A stretch of DNA of 43,320 nucleotides from Candidatus Cloacimonadota bacterium (GCA_029564175.1 JAKQQL010000019.1:1-43320), one strand, 5' to 3'. Shown: positions 20,325-30,886, counted from the stretch's first letter. Notes: a model not told the origin generated them from the letters alone. A program made the numbers and translations.

Positions 20325-21922
20325 GTGATTCTCGAGTCAGTCATTTCTATAAATTTTGCTAAATTGGGAGATTCATTTTTGATATCCTGAAGGCTCGGAT
20401 TTTTAATGGTTTCAATAACCTCAGCCTTTATCATTTCGAAGAATATCTTTATCTTTAAGTTAAAATGTTTAAAAAATATCTCTTCAATTTCAGCCTTATG
20501 ATCATGCAATTTGGTAAATGCAATTGACGAACTGGTTGTCAGATGGAGTCCATTATTTTCAAAATTTTTAATTTGACAATTTTTAAAGAATGAACCTGTA
20601 ACTGAATATTCTTTGGCTATTTTTTCACACAAAATATCCCAGTGTTCTTTGAGAATATCTTCATTAAGCTCTTTTACCAGCGGACTTGCATCTTTTGTAT
20701 CAGAGATGATTTTTTCCTGGATGACCTTGGTTTGCTGTTCAGCTATTTGATGAGACTGAACGGTTTGAATGACTGCAGGTACCTGATTAATGGTTACTTT
20801 ACCAGATTCCAGCTGTTCTAAGATATGATTAATTGATTTCATTTCGGAGATTCTGGACAGTTTTACAAAGCACATTTCTATCACAATATTAGAGTTATGA
20901 CTCTGACGGATTTGGTTTTTGGAATCAATCAGATAAGAAATCATATAGATAATTTCATCTTGAGAAAATGACTTAGCAATCTCTTTCATCAGATCAAGTT
21001 GACTTTGATTTAAATCTTTTGGTTGAATAGCCATTTGAATCAGCAAAATATTTCTCAGGTATTCCAGATAAGAATTGATAAATTCATTAATATCAAGGCC
21101 TTTATCCGTTACTGCATTCAGCAGGAAAATCATTTGAGCCGGATTATGAGAGCTGATAGCCTTCATCATATTATGGAAAATATCATTATCAACCATCCCA
21201 AATATATCTCTGACGTTTTCTGAAGTAATGTGTTTATTACCGTAAGAAATCACCTGATCCATCAATGAAAGGGCATCTCTCATTCCGCCGTCTGCTTTTT
21301 TGGCAATCACAAACAAAGCATCTTCATCGATACCGATCTGTTCATAGCCACATATTTCTTTTAATCTGGCTACAATTGCATCCACTGGAATTCGCTTGAA
21401 ATCAAATCGTTGACATCTTGATATAATTGTAGGCAAAATCTTATGGGGTTCAGTTGTAGCAAAGACAAATATAACGTTTTTTGGCGGCTCTTCCAAAGTT
21501 TTTAACAAGGCATTAAAAGCACTTTTACTGAGCATGTGAACTTCATCGATGATGAATATTTTGTATTTGGAGTGGTTTGTGGAATACATCAGTTCTTTTT
21601 GTAAATCTCTAATATCATCAACACTTGTATTGGATGCACCATCGACTTCTACGACATCTGCTGAGATGCCTTGAGTGATTTCAACACAATTTGGGCATAC
21701 ACCACAGGGATTGATGGTTGGTCCGGTTTCGCAGTTTAAGCTTTTTGCAAAGAGACGGGCAAGTGTAGTTTTTCCGACACCTCTGGAACCGGTAAACAGA
21801 TAAGCCTGTCCTATCCGGTCAGATTCGATTGCATTTTTGATGATTTGAACGATATGATCCTGAGCATATACTTCGACGAAATTTTGTGGCCTGTATTTTC
21901 TGGCAAGTACTATATATGACAT
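20321..21922 (-). CDS. dnaX: DNA polymerase III subunit gamma/tau
   Basis: LARKYRP, GSRGVGKTT, zinc-binding Cys cluster, IIDEVHML, SRCQRF and GGMRDALS. Confidence 0.97.
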   Translation of the reverse strand: MSYIVLARKYRPQNFVEVYAQDHIVQIIKNAIESDRIGQAYLFTGSRGVGKTTLARLFAKSLNCETGPTINPCGVCPNCVEITQGISADVVEVDGASNTSVDDIRDLQKELMYSTNHSKYKIFIIDEVHMLSKSAFNALLKTLEEPPKNVIFVFATTEPHKILPTIISRCQRFDFKRIPVDAIVARLKEICGYEQIGIDEDALFVIAKKADGGMRDALSLMDQVISYGNKHITSENVRDIFGMVDNDIFHNMMKAISSHNPAQMIFLLNAVTDKGLDINEFINSYLEYLRNILLIQMAIQPKDLNQSQLDLMKEIAKSFSQDEIIYMISYLIDSKNQIRQSHNSNIVIEMCFVKLSRISEMKSINHILEQLESGKVTINQVPAVIQTVQSHQIAEQQTKVIQEKIISDTKDASPLVKELNEDILKEHWDILCEKIAKEYSVTGSFFKNCQIKNFENNGLHLTTSSSIAFTKLHDHKAEIEEIFFKHFNLKIKIFFEMIKAEVIETIKNPSLQDIKNESPNLAKFIEMTDSRIT

Positions 21923-21948
21923 GTATTATTCCTCATTTATAATTTCGA

Positions 21949-22734
21949 TTAAACAGCTATCAGATATTTTCTGATTCTTTTGGTAATAGTCGCAAACATT
22001 AAAGTCAGCCCGATCATGAGAGTTGAAAGGGCATTGATTGTTGTAATGGTGCCTCTTCTGATAGCGCCTTCTACATAAACCGGCAGGGTGTTAAAACCAC
22101 GACCTGAGGTGAAAAAGGTAATGACAAAATCATCTATAGAAAGTGTAAAGGCAAGTAAGGCAGCGGCAATGATTCCTGGCATCATTAGAGGTAATTTTAT
22201 CTTAAAAAATATCTGAGTCTTATTAGCACCTAAATCCATCGCTGCTTCTTCAAGATGATAATCAAATCCTTCAAGACGGGACTGAATCACGATAATCGTA
22301 TAAGAAACACAAAAGGTGATATGGGCTATCAATACGGTAAACATTCCCATTCTGATCTTTAGAAAACTAAACAGTAAAGCTAATGATACACCCATCAGTA
22401 TATCAGGCATGATCAACGGAACAAACACAAGTCCTTTAAAGAATTTAGTACCAAAAAAGCGTTTATTTTCCAGTGCAAGTGCTGAAAGAACACCTAAGAC
22501 AGTTGATGCGATGGTAGATAGTACTCCGATGATCATTGTATTTTTAAACGCATTGATGATTTCTCTGTTTTTTAACAAGAGGTAGTAGTATTTAAAGGTA
22601 AATCCACGCCAGGATGATATGATTTTTGAATCATTAAAACTATACACAATCAGTAAGAGAATGGGAATATACAGAAAAATAATCACAAAAGTGAATGTAG
22701 TTACTGTAAAAATATTTGCATTCTTATTTTTCAT
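21949..22734 (-). CDS. potC: Spermidine/putrescine ABC permease PotC
   Basis: LYIPI...VYSFN, LEEAAMDLGA and FTLSIDDF motifs. Confidence 0.9.
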   Translation of the reverse strand: MKNKNANIFTVTTFTFVIIFLYIPILLLIVYSFNDSKIISSWRGFTFKYYYLLLKNREIINAFKNTMIIGVLSTIASTVLGVLSALALENKRFFGTKFFKGLVFVPLIMPDILMGVSLALLFSFLKIRMGMFTVLIAHITFCVSYTIIVIQSRLEGFDYHLEEAAMDLGANKTQIFFKIKLPLMMPGIIAAALLAFTLSIDDFVITFFTSGRGFNTLPVYVEGAIRRGTITTINALSTLMIGLTLMFATITKRIRKYLIAV

Positions 22735-23617
22735 CTTTATCCTTTACAATCATTCTTTCCTTAAACTTTATATGCAAGGTATAAAAAAGCACCATTAACG
22801 CACTGATTAGAATTAAGAGCATCAATGATAAAGCTGAAGCAAGTGGCCAGTTTCTGGGGATATTTTTTATCTTGTAAGTGATAATCTGACCAATATACAG
22901 AGAATCCTGTGAGCCAACCAACTGAGGGATGATATAGGCTCCCAGTGCAGGAATAAAGACCAGGATAGAGCCAGCTAATATGCCATCTTTTGAAAGCGGA
23001 AGAGTTATTTTAAAGAATGTTTTCTTCGGACTTGCTCCTAAATCCATCGCTGCATCCAGTAAGGTAAAATCCATCTTCTCAATATTGCTGTATAAGGGTA
23101 AAATCATATAGGGCAAATAAACATAAACCATCACCAAAATGACGGCAAAATCATTTCTTATCAGCATTAAGGGGGTATCAATCAGATTGAAATAAATTAA
23201 TGCATTATTCAAAATGCCCTCAGGGGAGAGAAATATTCGCCATGAAAATATTCTGATAATAAAATTCGTCCAAAAAGGGATTATGATTAACACTAATAGG
23301 GTATTCTTTATCTTTTCTGAACTTCTGGCAATCAGATAGGCTGCCGGATATCCCAGTAAAAAGCATAAAAAAGTGGTAATAAGCGCTAACCGGAAAGATA
23401 TAAAAAATGAACGGAAGTATTCAGGTGAAAATACATTTTTATAGGCATCCAGAGTCAAAATGGCTTTAATATCATAAATGTCCGCCTGATAAAAACTATA
23501 AATAAAGATAATAATATAGGGAATTAAAAAGAAGAATATTAACCAGCTCATCGCAGGTAAAGAAAGAATCCAGCTATAGATATTCTTCTTCTTTTCGTGC
23601 TTTTGCTCATTATTCAC
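22724..23617 (-). CDS. potB: Spermidine/putrescine ABC permease PotB
   Basis: IPFWTNFIIR, YLPYMILPLY, LLDAAMDLGA and RNWP motifs. Confidence 0.9.
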   Translation of the reverse strand: MNNEQKHEKKKNIYSWILSLPAMSWLIFFFLIPYIIIFIYSFYQADIYDIKAILTLDAYKNVFSPEYFRSFFISFRLALITTFLCFLLGYPAAYLIARSSEKIKNTLLVLIIIPFWTNFIIRIFSWRIFLSPEGILNNALIYFNLIDTPLMLIRNDFAVILVMVYVYLPYMILPLYSNIEKMDFTLLDAAMDLGASPKKTFFKITLPLSKDGILAGSILVFIPALGAYIIPQLVGSQDSLYIGQIITYKIKNIPRNWPLASALSLMLLILISALMVLFYTLHIKFKERMIVKDKDEK

Positions 23618-24752
23618 TATTATTTAATCCTCCATTCAGGCTCATATCCTGTTCCTGAATTACATAAGAGTCAATATCATGCCAGAAAAGATATACCGAT
23701 TCTTCCCAATCTAGCGCCATATCGTCAAAATAGACGCGTTTATGCTGATTAAAGACTCTAAAACGATATTCTCCTACTCTGACAATATATTGGGTATGAG
23801 TGCCTAAGTAAAGAATATCTTCAATTTTTCCTTTTATAATGTTGAAATCACTTTTTACATCTGGCTTTTGTCTGGAAATGGCAATCTTTTCAGGTCTCAG
23901 AGAGAGGGTTATCTTAGCGCCTTTATCCACTTTAGCATGACATGAACTGTCGAGTACCAGTCTTTCTCCATCTTGTTCCAGTTCTGTCTGCACTTCAATA
24001 AAATCATCTTCTATCCCAATTACTTCGCCTGGTATCAGATTGGTATCGCCAATAAAATAAGCTGAAAAAATAGAGTTTGGTCTTTCATATATATCATCTG
24101 GCAAACCGGTTTGTACTATTTGCCCTTTATTGATGATAGCCATACGGTCTGAGACACTCATTGCTTCACCCTGATCATGAGTCACATAGATAAACGTAAT
24201 GCCTACCAAATCATGGATATTCATCAATTCTATGATCATTCTCTGACGAAGTTTTAAATCTAATGCAGCGACAGGCTCATCAAGCAATAAGACTTTCGGT
24301 TTATTGATTAAAGCACGCGCAATGGCAATTCTTTGCTTTTGACCGCCACTGATCTGATTGGGGTATTTATCTTTATGATCAAACATCTGAACCAGTCTCA
24401 ACATCTCAAAAACCTGATTCTGGATTTCCTTCTCAGCTATTTTTTTAATTCTGAGTCCAAAAGCTACATTTTCAAAAATCGTCATGTGCGGAAACAGAGA
24501 GTAGTTTTGAAATATGGTATTTACCTGTCTTTTATAAGGAGGAATGTCTGTGATATCCTGGTTTTCTATAAAAATTCTGCCAGATGAGGGTACTTCAAAA
24601 CCGGCAATCATCCTGAGTATAGTTGTTTTACCGCATCCACTGGGACCTAAAAAAGAGAAAAGCTCTCCGTCTTTTATGGTTAACGAGACATTATTAACAG
24701 CCTGGAAATCGCCAAAGCTTTTTGATACATTTTCAAGTCTGATTTCTCCCAA
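23610..24752 (-). CDS. potA: Spermidine/putrescine ABC ATPase PotA
   Basis: GPSGCGKTT, ISGGQKQR, LLLDEP, VTHDQ and C-terminal TOBE region; TTG start. Confidence 0.92.
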   Translation of the reverse strand: MGEIRLENVSKSFGDFQAVNNVSLTIKDGELFSFLGPSGCGKTTILRMIAGFEVPSSGRIFIENQDITDIPPYKRQVNTIFQNYSLFPHMTIFENVAFGLRIKKIAEKEIQNQVFEMLRLVQMFDHKDKYPNQISGGQKQRIAIARALINKPKVLLLDEPVAALDLKLRQRMIIELMNIHDLVGITFIYVTHDQGEAMSVSDRMAIINKGQIVQTGLPDDIYERPNSIFSAYFIGDTNLIPGEVIGIEDDFIEVQTELEQDGERLVLDSSCHAKVDKGAKITLSLRPEKIAISRQKPDVKSDFNIIKGKIEDILYLGTHTQYIVRVGEYRFRVFNQHKRVYFDDMALDWEESVYLFWHDIDSYVIQEQDMSLNGGLNNSE

Positions 24753-24932
24753 TCATAAGCCTTTCTATAGATTTTAACAATCTATCTCTAATTTATAAGA
24801 TACAATTTAATTTATAATCATCATTTGTCAAAGCTTTTTTGAATTATCATTTCCTTTTAGCAAATTATTTTGAGATAGGGATATAAATTTTTTAGTGAAT
24901 TCGGTGATGAATTGATGATTTTTTTTTTGTGA

Positions 24933-24975
24933 TTTTCTTATTCTATCCTTATTGCATCCTTATCCATTCCTTATC
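24933..24975. repeat. Dispersed 32-bp 11-bp-phased TCCTTAT motif, copy 2
   Basis: TTTTCTTATTCTATCCTTATTGCATCCTTATC at 24933-24964, 30/32 identical to copy 1; a fourth unit at 24968. Confidence 0.85.
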
Positions 24976-25183
24976 CTCTTTGAATCAAATTCTTAGCACT
25001 GTTTTTTTAGAATTACTGGAAAATCAGTTGTGAATACCCAATTTTTTTACAAGTATTTTTAATATCAGAGAAAAGTCTATCCATCTGATTTTAGGTTATT
25101 TATTAAAAGTGTTCATTCCTTTTGTGTTTTTTTTCTTGACAGAAAATGCCTGTTTTATAAATATACTTAAAAATGCATATAAG

Positions 25184-25259
25184 GGGCCTATAGCTCAGTT
25201 GGTAGAGCCTCCGGCTCATAACCGGATGGTCAGAGGTTCGAATCCTCTTGGGCCCACCA
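25184..25259 (+). tRNA. tRNA with CAT anticodon, most likely tRNA-Ile2 (lysidine)
   Basis: 76-nt cloverleaf GGGCCTA...TGGGCCC-A-CCA, T-loop GTTCGAATC, anticodon loop CTCATAA. G1-C72 is paired, so it is not the initiator; C4-G69 and C5-G68 are typical of TilS substrates. Confidence 0.9.
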
Positions 25260-25306
25260 ATAAATTTGCCGCACCCCAGCGGCTTTATTTATTTTAAGAG
25301 GTAAAG

Positions 25307-26071
25307 ATGATAGTCATAAAAACAAAAGAGCAGATTGAAGGGATGAGAAAAGCAGGTAAAATTGCTGCTAATACCTTGAAATACATAGAACCATTTATAC
25401 AGGCAGGAGTTAGCACTGAAAAAATCAACCAGTTGTGTCATGACTTCATGATTCAAAACGAGGCCATTCCAGCAACTTTAAATTATTATGGCTATCCCAA
25501 AAGTATATGCACCTCAATAAATGATGTTGTATGCCATGGAATCCCTTCCAACAAAGAAATCCTTAAAAACGGTGATATTGTTAATGTCGATGTAACGGCT
25601 ATTTATCAAGGTTTTTTTGGTGATTGCTCAAAAACTTATCTGATTGGAGAAGTAAAGCCAAACGTCAAGGAATTCGTAGAAAGAACTGAAACGGCTATGA
25701 ATCTGGCAATTAAAGCCTTAAAACCTGGTGTTTTACTGTCTGTTGTCGGTTCAACTATTCAGACTTACATTGAGCAGTTCGGCTACTCTGTCGTCAGAGA
25801 GTATGGTGGTCATGGGATTGGTTTATCATTTCATGAAGACCCCCATGTATGTCATTATTATACCAGAGATAATGATATCAGACTTCAAAAAGGGATGACC
25901 TTCACCATTGAACCCATGATAAACATGAGTAAAAGCTGGCGGGTAGTCACTTCTAAAAAGGATGGCTGGACTGTTAAAACAACAGATAAAGCCCTTTCTG
26001 CTCAATTTGAACATACCCTGCTGATAACAGCCGATTCATACGAAATTCTCACATTACCAGACGAAGTTTAA
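25307..26071 (+). CDS. map: Type I methionine aminopeptidase
   Basis: SINDVVCHGIP, DVT, GDCS, GHGIG, FTIEPM and AQFEHT motifs. Confidence 0.97.
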   Translation: MIVIKTKEQIEGMRKAGKIAANTLKYIEPFIQAGVSTEKINQLCHDFMIQNEAIPATLNYYGYPKSICTSINDVVCHGIPSNKEILKNGDIVNVDVTAIYQGFFGDCSKTYLIGEVKPNVKEFVERTETAMNLAIKALKPGVLLSVVGSTIQTYIEQFGYSVVREYGGHGIGLSFHEDPHVCHYYTRDNDIRLQKGMTFTIEPMINMSKSWRVVTSKKDGWTVKTTDKALSAQFEHTLLITADSYEILTLPDEV

Positions 26072-26146
26072 AAGCAGTTTTGATTATACACAACAGATTC
26101 TCTTGACATAAACTTCACTACTGCAATTTATGGTATTGGAGGAATC

Positions 26147-27160
26147 ATGTCAGATATTGTTATTATAGGTGGAGGTAGCTGGGGCTTAGCAATGGCTCAT
26201 TTGTTATCTCACAATCATCAGGTAAGAGTGTGGGAATTCAATCCGGAATATGTGAAAGAATTAACAGAAACAAGATATAATTCAGTACTTCTCCCCCACA
26301 TTAAAATGAGTCAAAACATCTTATTCAGTCATCAAAAAGACACGATCTTTAATCAATTTGACCCTGATTTACTCATCATTGCCACTCCTGTCGCCTATGT
26401 CAGACAAACAATCCGTGATTTTGTTCCCTTTATACAGAAATGTTCGAATCTTAAAACAATTGTAAACCTGGCAAAGGGTCTGGAACAAGAATCCCTCAAA
26501 CGCATGTCAGAAGTGCTTAAAGATGAATTACCTACAGAATTTCATTCAATTATCGCAACCTTATCTGGCCCAAGTCATGCCGAAGAAGTTGCTAAAAAAA
26601 TTCCCACAACCGTTGTCATTGCCGGTTCTGACCCTGAAGCAATTACTTATGCCCGTAACACGATCAGCACTCCTTGGTTCAGAGCATATTCATCCTATGA
26701 TATTATCGGCGTTGAACTTGGCGGAACAGTCAAGAATATCATTGCAATCGCTGCAGGTATCATTGATGGCTTGGGATTAGGAGACAATACCAAAGGTGCT
26801 TTACTGACACGCGGAATTGCAGAAATAAAACGGCTTGGTCTTGCAATGAATGCTGAAGCAGATACATTTTCAGGATTATCAGGAATCGGAGATTTAATTA
26901 CTACTGCGATTTCTTTACATTCCAGAAACCGATATGTTGGTTATGAACTGGGTAAAGGTAGAAAAACAGATGAGATTCTAAAGTCAATGACTATGGTTGC
27001 CGAAGGTGTATTTTCAGCAAAAGCAATATGGGAGCTTAAAGAAAAATTACATGTAGAAATGCCAATCACTGACGAAGTTTACAAAGTATTATTTGAGAAT
27101 AAATCTCCTAAAGAAGCGTTAACTGATTTAATGACAAGGGAGTTGAAAGATGAAGTATAA
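26147..27160 (+). CDS. gpsA: NAD(P)H-dependent glycerol-3-phosphate dehydrogenase
   Basis: GGGSWG, SGPSHAEEV, GGTVKN, GLSGIGDL, SRNR and VAEG motifs. Confidence 0.96.
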   Translation: MSDIVIIGGGSWGLAMAHLLSHNHQVRVWEFNPEYVKELTETRYNSVLLPHIKMSQNILFSHQKDTIFNQFDPDLLIIATPVAYVRQTIRDFVPFIQKCSNLKTIVNLAKGLEQESLKRMSEVLKDELPTEFHSIIATLSGPSHAEEVAKKIPTTVVIAGSDPEAITYARNTISTPWFRAYSSYDIIGVELGGTVKNIIAIAAGIIDGLGLGDNTKGALLTRGIAEIKRLGLAMNAEADTFSGLSGIGDLITTAISLHSRNRYVGYELGKGRKTDEILKSMTMVAEGVFSAKAIWELKEKLHVEMPITDEVYKVLFENKSPKEALTDLMTRELKDEV

Positions 27161-27875
27161 CGACATCGCTGATATTACCCGTTTACTCAGCCAGATTGGC
27201 TGGGCAGAAAGAAATGCAGGCAATTTTTCAATGCAGATTACTCAAGAACTTTGTAGTATCCTAAGAAGAGATTTTCAGCAAGTAAACGAGTTATCTGATT
27301 TTGAAAATGATTTAAAAGATCTTGTTAGTCTTGATAATAGCTTGATAGAATTGAACTTATTTATTTCAATCAGCGGTTGCCGTTTTAGAGAAATCTATAA
27401 AAATCCCAGCCAGTACACAGGCATATTAAGTATCAATTTTATCAAAAAAAACATACTATGGTATCACATGGAAAAAGATGCCATGCCTTCATCTGAATGG
27501 CGTTCTCATCTTAGATTACACCTGGAAATGATCAGATTAAACAGCCGTAATCTGTGTATTCTTCACACCCATCCCACCGAATTGATAGCCTTATCTCATA
27601 AATTGGCTCATTTAAATGAAGATGAAATCAACAATATCCTTTGGAATATGATGCCAGAAGTGAAGTATTTTATCCCAAAAGGGATTGGGCTTGTCCCGTT
27701 ACAGGTTCCTGGTTCTGATGAATTAGCAAAAGCAAGCAAAGAGAAAATAAGGTTTTATGATATAATTCTGTGGCAAAAACACGGATGTCTGGCAATGGGA
27801 AAAGATTTATGGGATTCCTTTGAATCCATTGAAATTATCAATAAAGCTGCAAAAATTTATCTGCTCGCTCATTAG
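27150..27875 (+). CDS. Class II aldolase, rhamnulose-1-phosphate aldolase (RhaD)-like
   Basis: GWAERNAGN, PSSE, HTHPTELIA, PGSDELA and WQKHG motifs. Confidence 0.8.
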   Translation: MKYNDIADITRLLSQIGWAERNAGNFSMQITQELCSILRRDFQQVNELSDFENDLKDLVSLDNSLIELNLFISISGCRFREIYKNPSQYTGILSINFIKKNILWYHMEKDAMPSSEWRSHLRLHLEMIRLNSRNLCILHTHPTELIALSHKLAHLNEDEINNILWNMMPEVKYFIPKGIGLVPLQVPGSDELAKASKEKIRFYDIILWQKHGCLAMGKDLWDSFESIEIINKAAKIYLLAH

Positions 27876-27881
27876 AAAACC

Positions 27882-28556
27882 ATGAAAATCAAATCTGTCA
27901 TTAAAAAGATTCTTAAATATATGCTTTGGGCACATGCCGTCTTTATAGGTATAAGCTCTCTGTTTTGTATTGTATTTTCATTTGTAAACCCACCAACAAC
28001 CTCAATGATTCTATACAGAAAGCTGACTGCAGATTATTCTGTAAAAAAAAGAGCATTTATCAAACTGGATAAAATACCCAAACATACCAGAAGAATGCTG
28101 GTCATTTCAGAAGATTCAAGATTTTATACTCATTTTGGAATCGATTTCTCAGCAGTAAAATATGCGCTTGAACGAAACAGAAAGAAAGGTAAAATCAGGA
28201 TTGGTGGCAGTACAATCACTCAACAGGCAGCAAGAAGCATTTTCCTGACGACTCACCGCAACTACCTTAGAAAATATCTGGAAGCATGGATTAGTCTTGA
28301 AATGGAGCTTTTTATGACTAAAGACAGAATTATGGAGCTCTACTTTAATTATGTCGAATGGGGTAAAGGCATTTTCGGTATTGAAACAGCTTCGATGCAT
28401 TATTTTTCTAAATCAGCATCCAGATTGTCTGTGAATCAGTCCAAATCTCTGATTGTAATCCTGGCAAATCCTATCAGATACAACCCGCATAATTACCATA
28501 AAAGCAGAACCTTGCAAAAAAGAAAAAATCATATTGAGCGTTGGTTTCATTTTTAA
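27882..28556 (+). CDS. mtgA: Monofunctional peptidoglycan transglycosylase (GT51)
   Basis: SEDSRFYTHFGID, GGSTITQQ, RKYLE and YFNYVEWG motifs; N-terminal TM helix. Confidence 0.9.
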   Translation: MKIKSVIKKILKYMLWAHAVFIGISSLFCIVFSFVNPPTTSMILYRKLTADYSVKKRAFIKLDKIPKHTRRMLVISEDSRFYTHFGIDFSAVKYALERNRKKGKIRIGGSTITQQAARSIFLTTHRNYLRKYLEAWISLEMELFMTKDRIMELYFNYVEWGKGIFGIETASMHYFSKSASRLSVNQSKSLIVILANPIRYNPHNYHKSRTLQKRKNHIERWFHF

Positions 28557-28598
28557 TCATGATTTTTCAAAGAATTTTAATAAAAATAAAAAAAAGAT

Positions 28599-28627
28599 TT
28601 GACAAACTACATAAAAAATTGTATCGT
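28599..28627 (+). promoter_or_regulatory. Sigma70-type promoter of the cold-shock gene
   Basis: TTGACA, 17-bp spacer, TATCGT. Confidence 0.45.
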
Positions 28628-28656
28628 CAAGTTTTCATATATAGAAGGGAGCGTGT

Positions 28657-28872
28657 ATGAAAGGTAAAGTTAAATGGTTTAATTCTAACAAAGGCTATGG
28701 TTTTATCGTTACTGATGACGATACAGAGTACTTTGTTCACTGGAAATCCATTGTTACCAAGAATCCTACAGAGTTAAAAATATTAGAACCAAACGAACCT
28801 GTAGAATTTGATCTTCTGGAAACCAATAAAGGTATCCAGGCCATTAATATCATCCGTCTGTTAGGTTATTAG
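28657..28872 (+). CDS. Cold-shock domain protein
   Basis: GKVKWFN..KGYGFI (RNP1) and FVHW (RNP2). Confidence 0.93.
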   Translation: MKGKVKWFNSNKGYGFIVTDDDTEYFVHWKSIVTKNPTELKILEPNEPVEFDLLETNKGIQAINIIRLLGY

Positions 28873-29026
28873 ACGGAATTATTTATTCGGTCAGTCTTAA
28901 CTTTCCGGATTCATCAAAACGATGCAGGGGTGTGAGTTGCTATTATCTAATCAAATAAAGGCATCTTTCAAACCTGCATCTCTTTTATTGACTTTTTTAA
29001 AATCAGAAATTATATACAGAGGATAA

Positions 29027-30886
29027 ATGACAAATCACTTTTTACCAGTCTCAAAAAAAGAAATGGATGATTTAGGGTGGGAACAGGCGGATATTATCCT
29101 GGTCAGTGGAGATGCTTATGTGGATCACCCCAGTTTTGCTGCTGCGATTATTGGCAGATATCTGGAGTCTCTGGGTTATAAAGTAGGGATTATTGCCCAA
29201 CCGAACATTCAGGATGATTCAGACTTCACTGCTCTTGGTACACCTCGACTATTTTTCGGGATAACATCAGGCAATATGGATTCGATGGTCAATCATTACA
29301 CCGCTCAAAATAAAATCAGAACGGATGATGCCTACTCACCTGATGGATTAGCAGGCTTAAGACCTAATCGGGCAGTCATGATTTATACACAAAAGATTAA
29401 GACTCTGTTTAAGAAAATACCGGTTGTACTCGGTGGCATTGAAGCTTCTCTCAGACGTATTCCCCACTTTGATTACTGGAGCAATACCGTGAAAAATGCT
29501 GTTCTGGTTGATTGTAAAGCAGATATTCTGGTCTATGGTTCCGGAGAAAGACCAATCGGTGAAATAGCCGAAAGAATCAGTAAAAATCAGTCTCTCGAAG
29601 GCATTGGCGGGACGGTCATACTTTCTAAAGAAAAAACAGCAGATTCAGTAGAAATTCCAGCTTTTGACCAGGTAAAAAATAAAGAATCCTATTTTCAGAT
29701 GATGAAAACTTTTTATCAAAATTACCTCAACCACCCGATTGTCATGCCTGTTACTAATCGTTTTTTAGTTCATAATCCCCCTTCAAAACCGCTTAGCAAG
29801 GAGATGATGGATAAAATCTATGAACTGCCTTTCATGCGATTGCCTCATCCCGTTTATAAAGACAAAAAGATACCTGCCTTTGAACAGATTAAGGCATCCG
29901 TAACAGCTCACAGAGGCTGTTTTGGCGGTTGTCATTTCTGTGCAATCGGCTTACATCAGGGAAAAAGTATCCAATCCCGTTCCGAAAAATCCATATTAAA
30001 AGAAGTAGATTTGCTTACATCTCTCCCCTATTTTGACGGAATGGTTTCGGATATTGGAGGTCCAAGTGCCAACATGTATGGTTTATCCTGTAAACTCAAT
30101 ATATCAACGACCTGTCAACGACTTTCCTGTCTTCAGCCTGACATCTGCCCTCATCTTGAAACAAATCAGACAGCCTATATCAATTTGCTCAATCATGCCA
30201 GACAACACCCTAAAGTACGTGGTGTCTTTATTGCTTCAGGTGTTCGCTTTGACTTAGCCTTAAAAGATATGAATTTTACAAAAACACTAATCAATCGCTA
30301 TACAGGTGGGCATTTAAAGCTTGCTCCAGAACATGTCAGTGATAAAGTGCTTCGCTTGATGAATAAACCTCGCCGGCAAGTTTATGAACAATTCTGTCAG
30401 ATATTTAAAAAATTGTCTGCAGAGAATCAGAAATCACAGTACATCCTCCCCTATCTGATTGTTGGTCATCCAGGCTCAGATTTGAATTCTGCCCTTGAAT
30501 TAGCCGTTTATCTGAAAGAAAACAATATACGGGTTCGTCAGATTCAGGAATTCACGCCAACACCAATGTCTATCAGTACTTTAATGTATTACACTGAAAT
30601 GGATTTTGAAACAGGAGAGAAAATCAACGTACCAAAAGGAAGAGAAATCCGACTGCAAAAAGCCCTGGCTCAGTGGTTTTTACCTGAAAACAAAAAGTAT
30701 GTGTATGAAGCACTTAAAGAATTGAACAGATTAGATTTACTTGATTTCTTTCTTTCTGATATTAACGATATTCAGGACAATCAGAAACACAGAGAAAACA
30801 ACTCAACCCTTAAACATCATCAAAAACACTCAAGACAGGCTTCATCGCCATTTCAAAAGAAATACAGATCGTATCAGGGAGGATAA
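29027..30886 (+). CDS. ygiQ: YgiQ-family radical SAM protein
   Basis: SGDAYVDHPSF, GGIEASLRR, RGCFGGCHFC, DIGGPSANMY and LKLAPEH motifs. Confidence 0.93.
   Translation: MTNHFLPVSKKEMDDLGWEQADIILVSGDAYVDHPSFAAAIIGRYLESLGYKVGIIAQPNIQDDSDFTALGTPRLFFGITSGNMDSMVNHYTAQNKIRTDDAYSPDGLAGLRPNRAVMIYTQKIKTLFKKIPVVLGGIEASLRRIPHFDYWSNTVKNAVLVDCKADILVYGSGERPIGEIAERISKNQSLEGIGGTVILSKEKTADSVEIPAFDQVKNKESYFQMMKTFYQNYLNHPIVMPVTNRFLVHNPPSKPLSKEMMDKIYELPFMRLPHPVYKDKKIPAFEQIKASVTAHRGCFGGCHFCAIGLHQGKSIQSRSEKSILKEVDLLTSLPYFDGMVSDIGGPSANMYGLSCKLNISTTCQRLSCLQPDICPHLETNQTAYINLLNHARQHPKVRGVFIASGVRFDLALKDMNFTKTLINRYTGGHLKLAPEHVSDKVLRLMNKPRRQVYEQFCQIFKKLSAENQKSQYILPYLIVGHPGSDLNSALELAVYLKENNIRVRQIQEFTPTPMSISTLMYYTEMDFETGEKINVPKGREIRLQKALAQWFLPENKKYVYEALKELNRLDLLDFFLSDINDIQDNQKHRENNSTLKHHQKHSRQASSPFQKKYRSYQGG

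Noticed and set aside
20321..21922. Programmed -1 frameshift producing the gamma subunit of DnaX
   Set aside because: No in-frame A AAA AAG-type slippery site with stimulators was seen by eye.
25184..25259. tRNA as integration site of the island, or as initiator tRNA-Met
   Set aside because: No duplicate of its 3' end was seen at the island, which lies over 10 kb away. G1-C72 pairing and the lack of three G-C pairs in the anticodon stem exclude initiator identity.
25109..25297. 62-aa ORF
   Set aside because: It is a translation through the tRNA gene.
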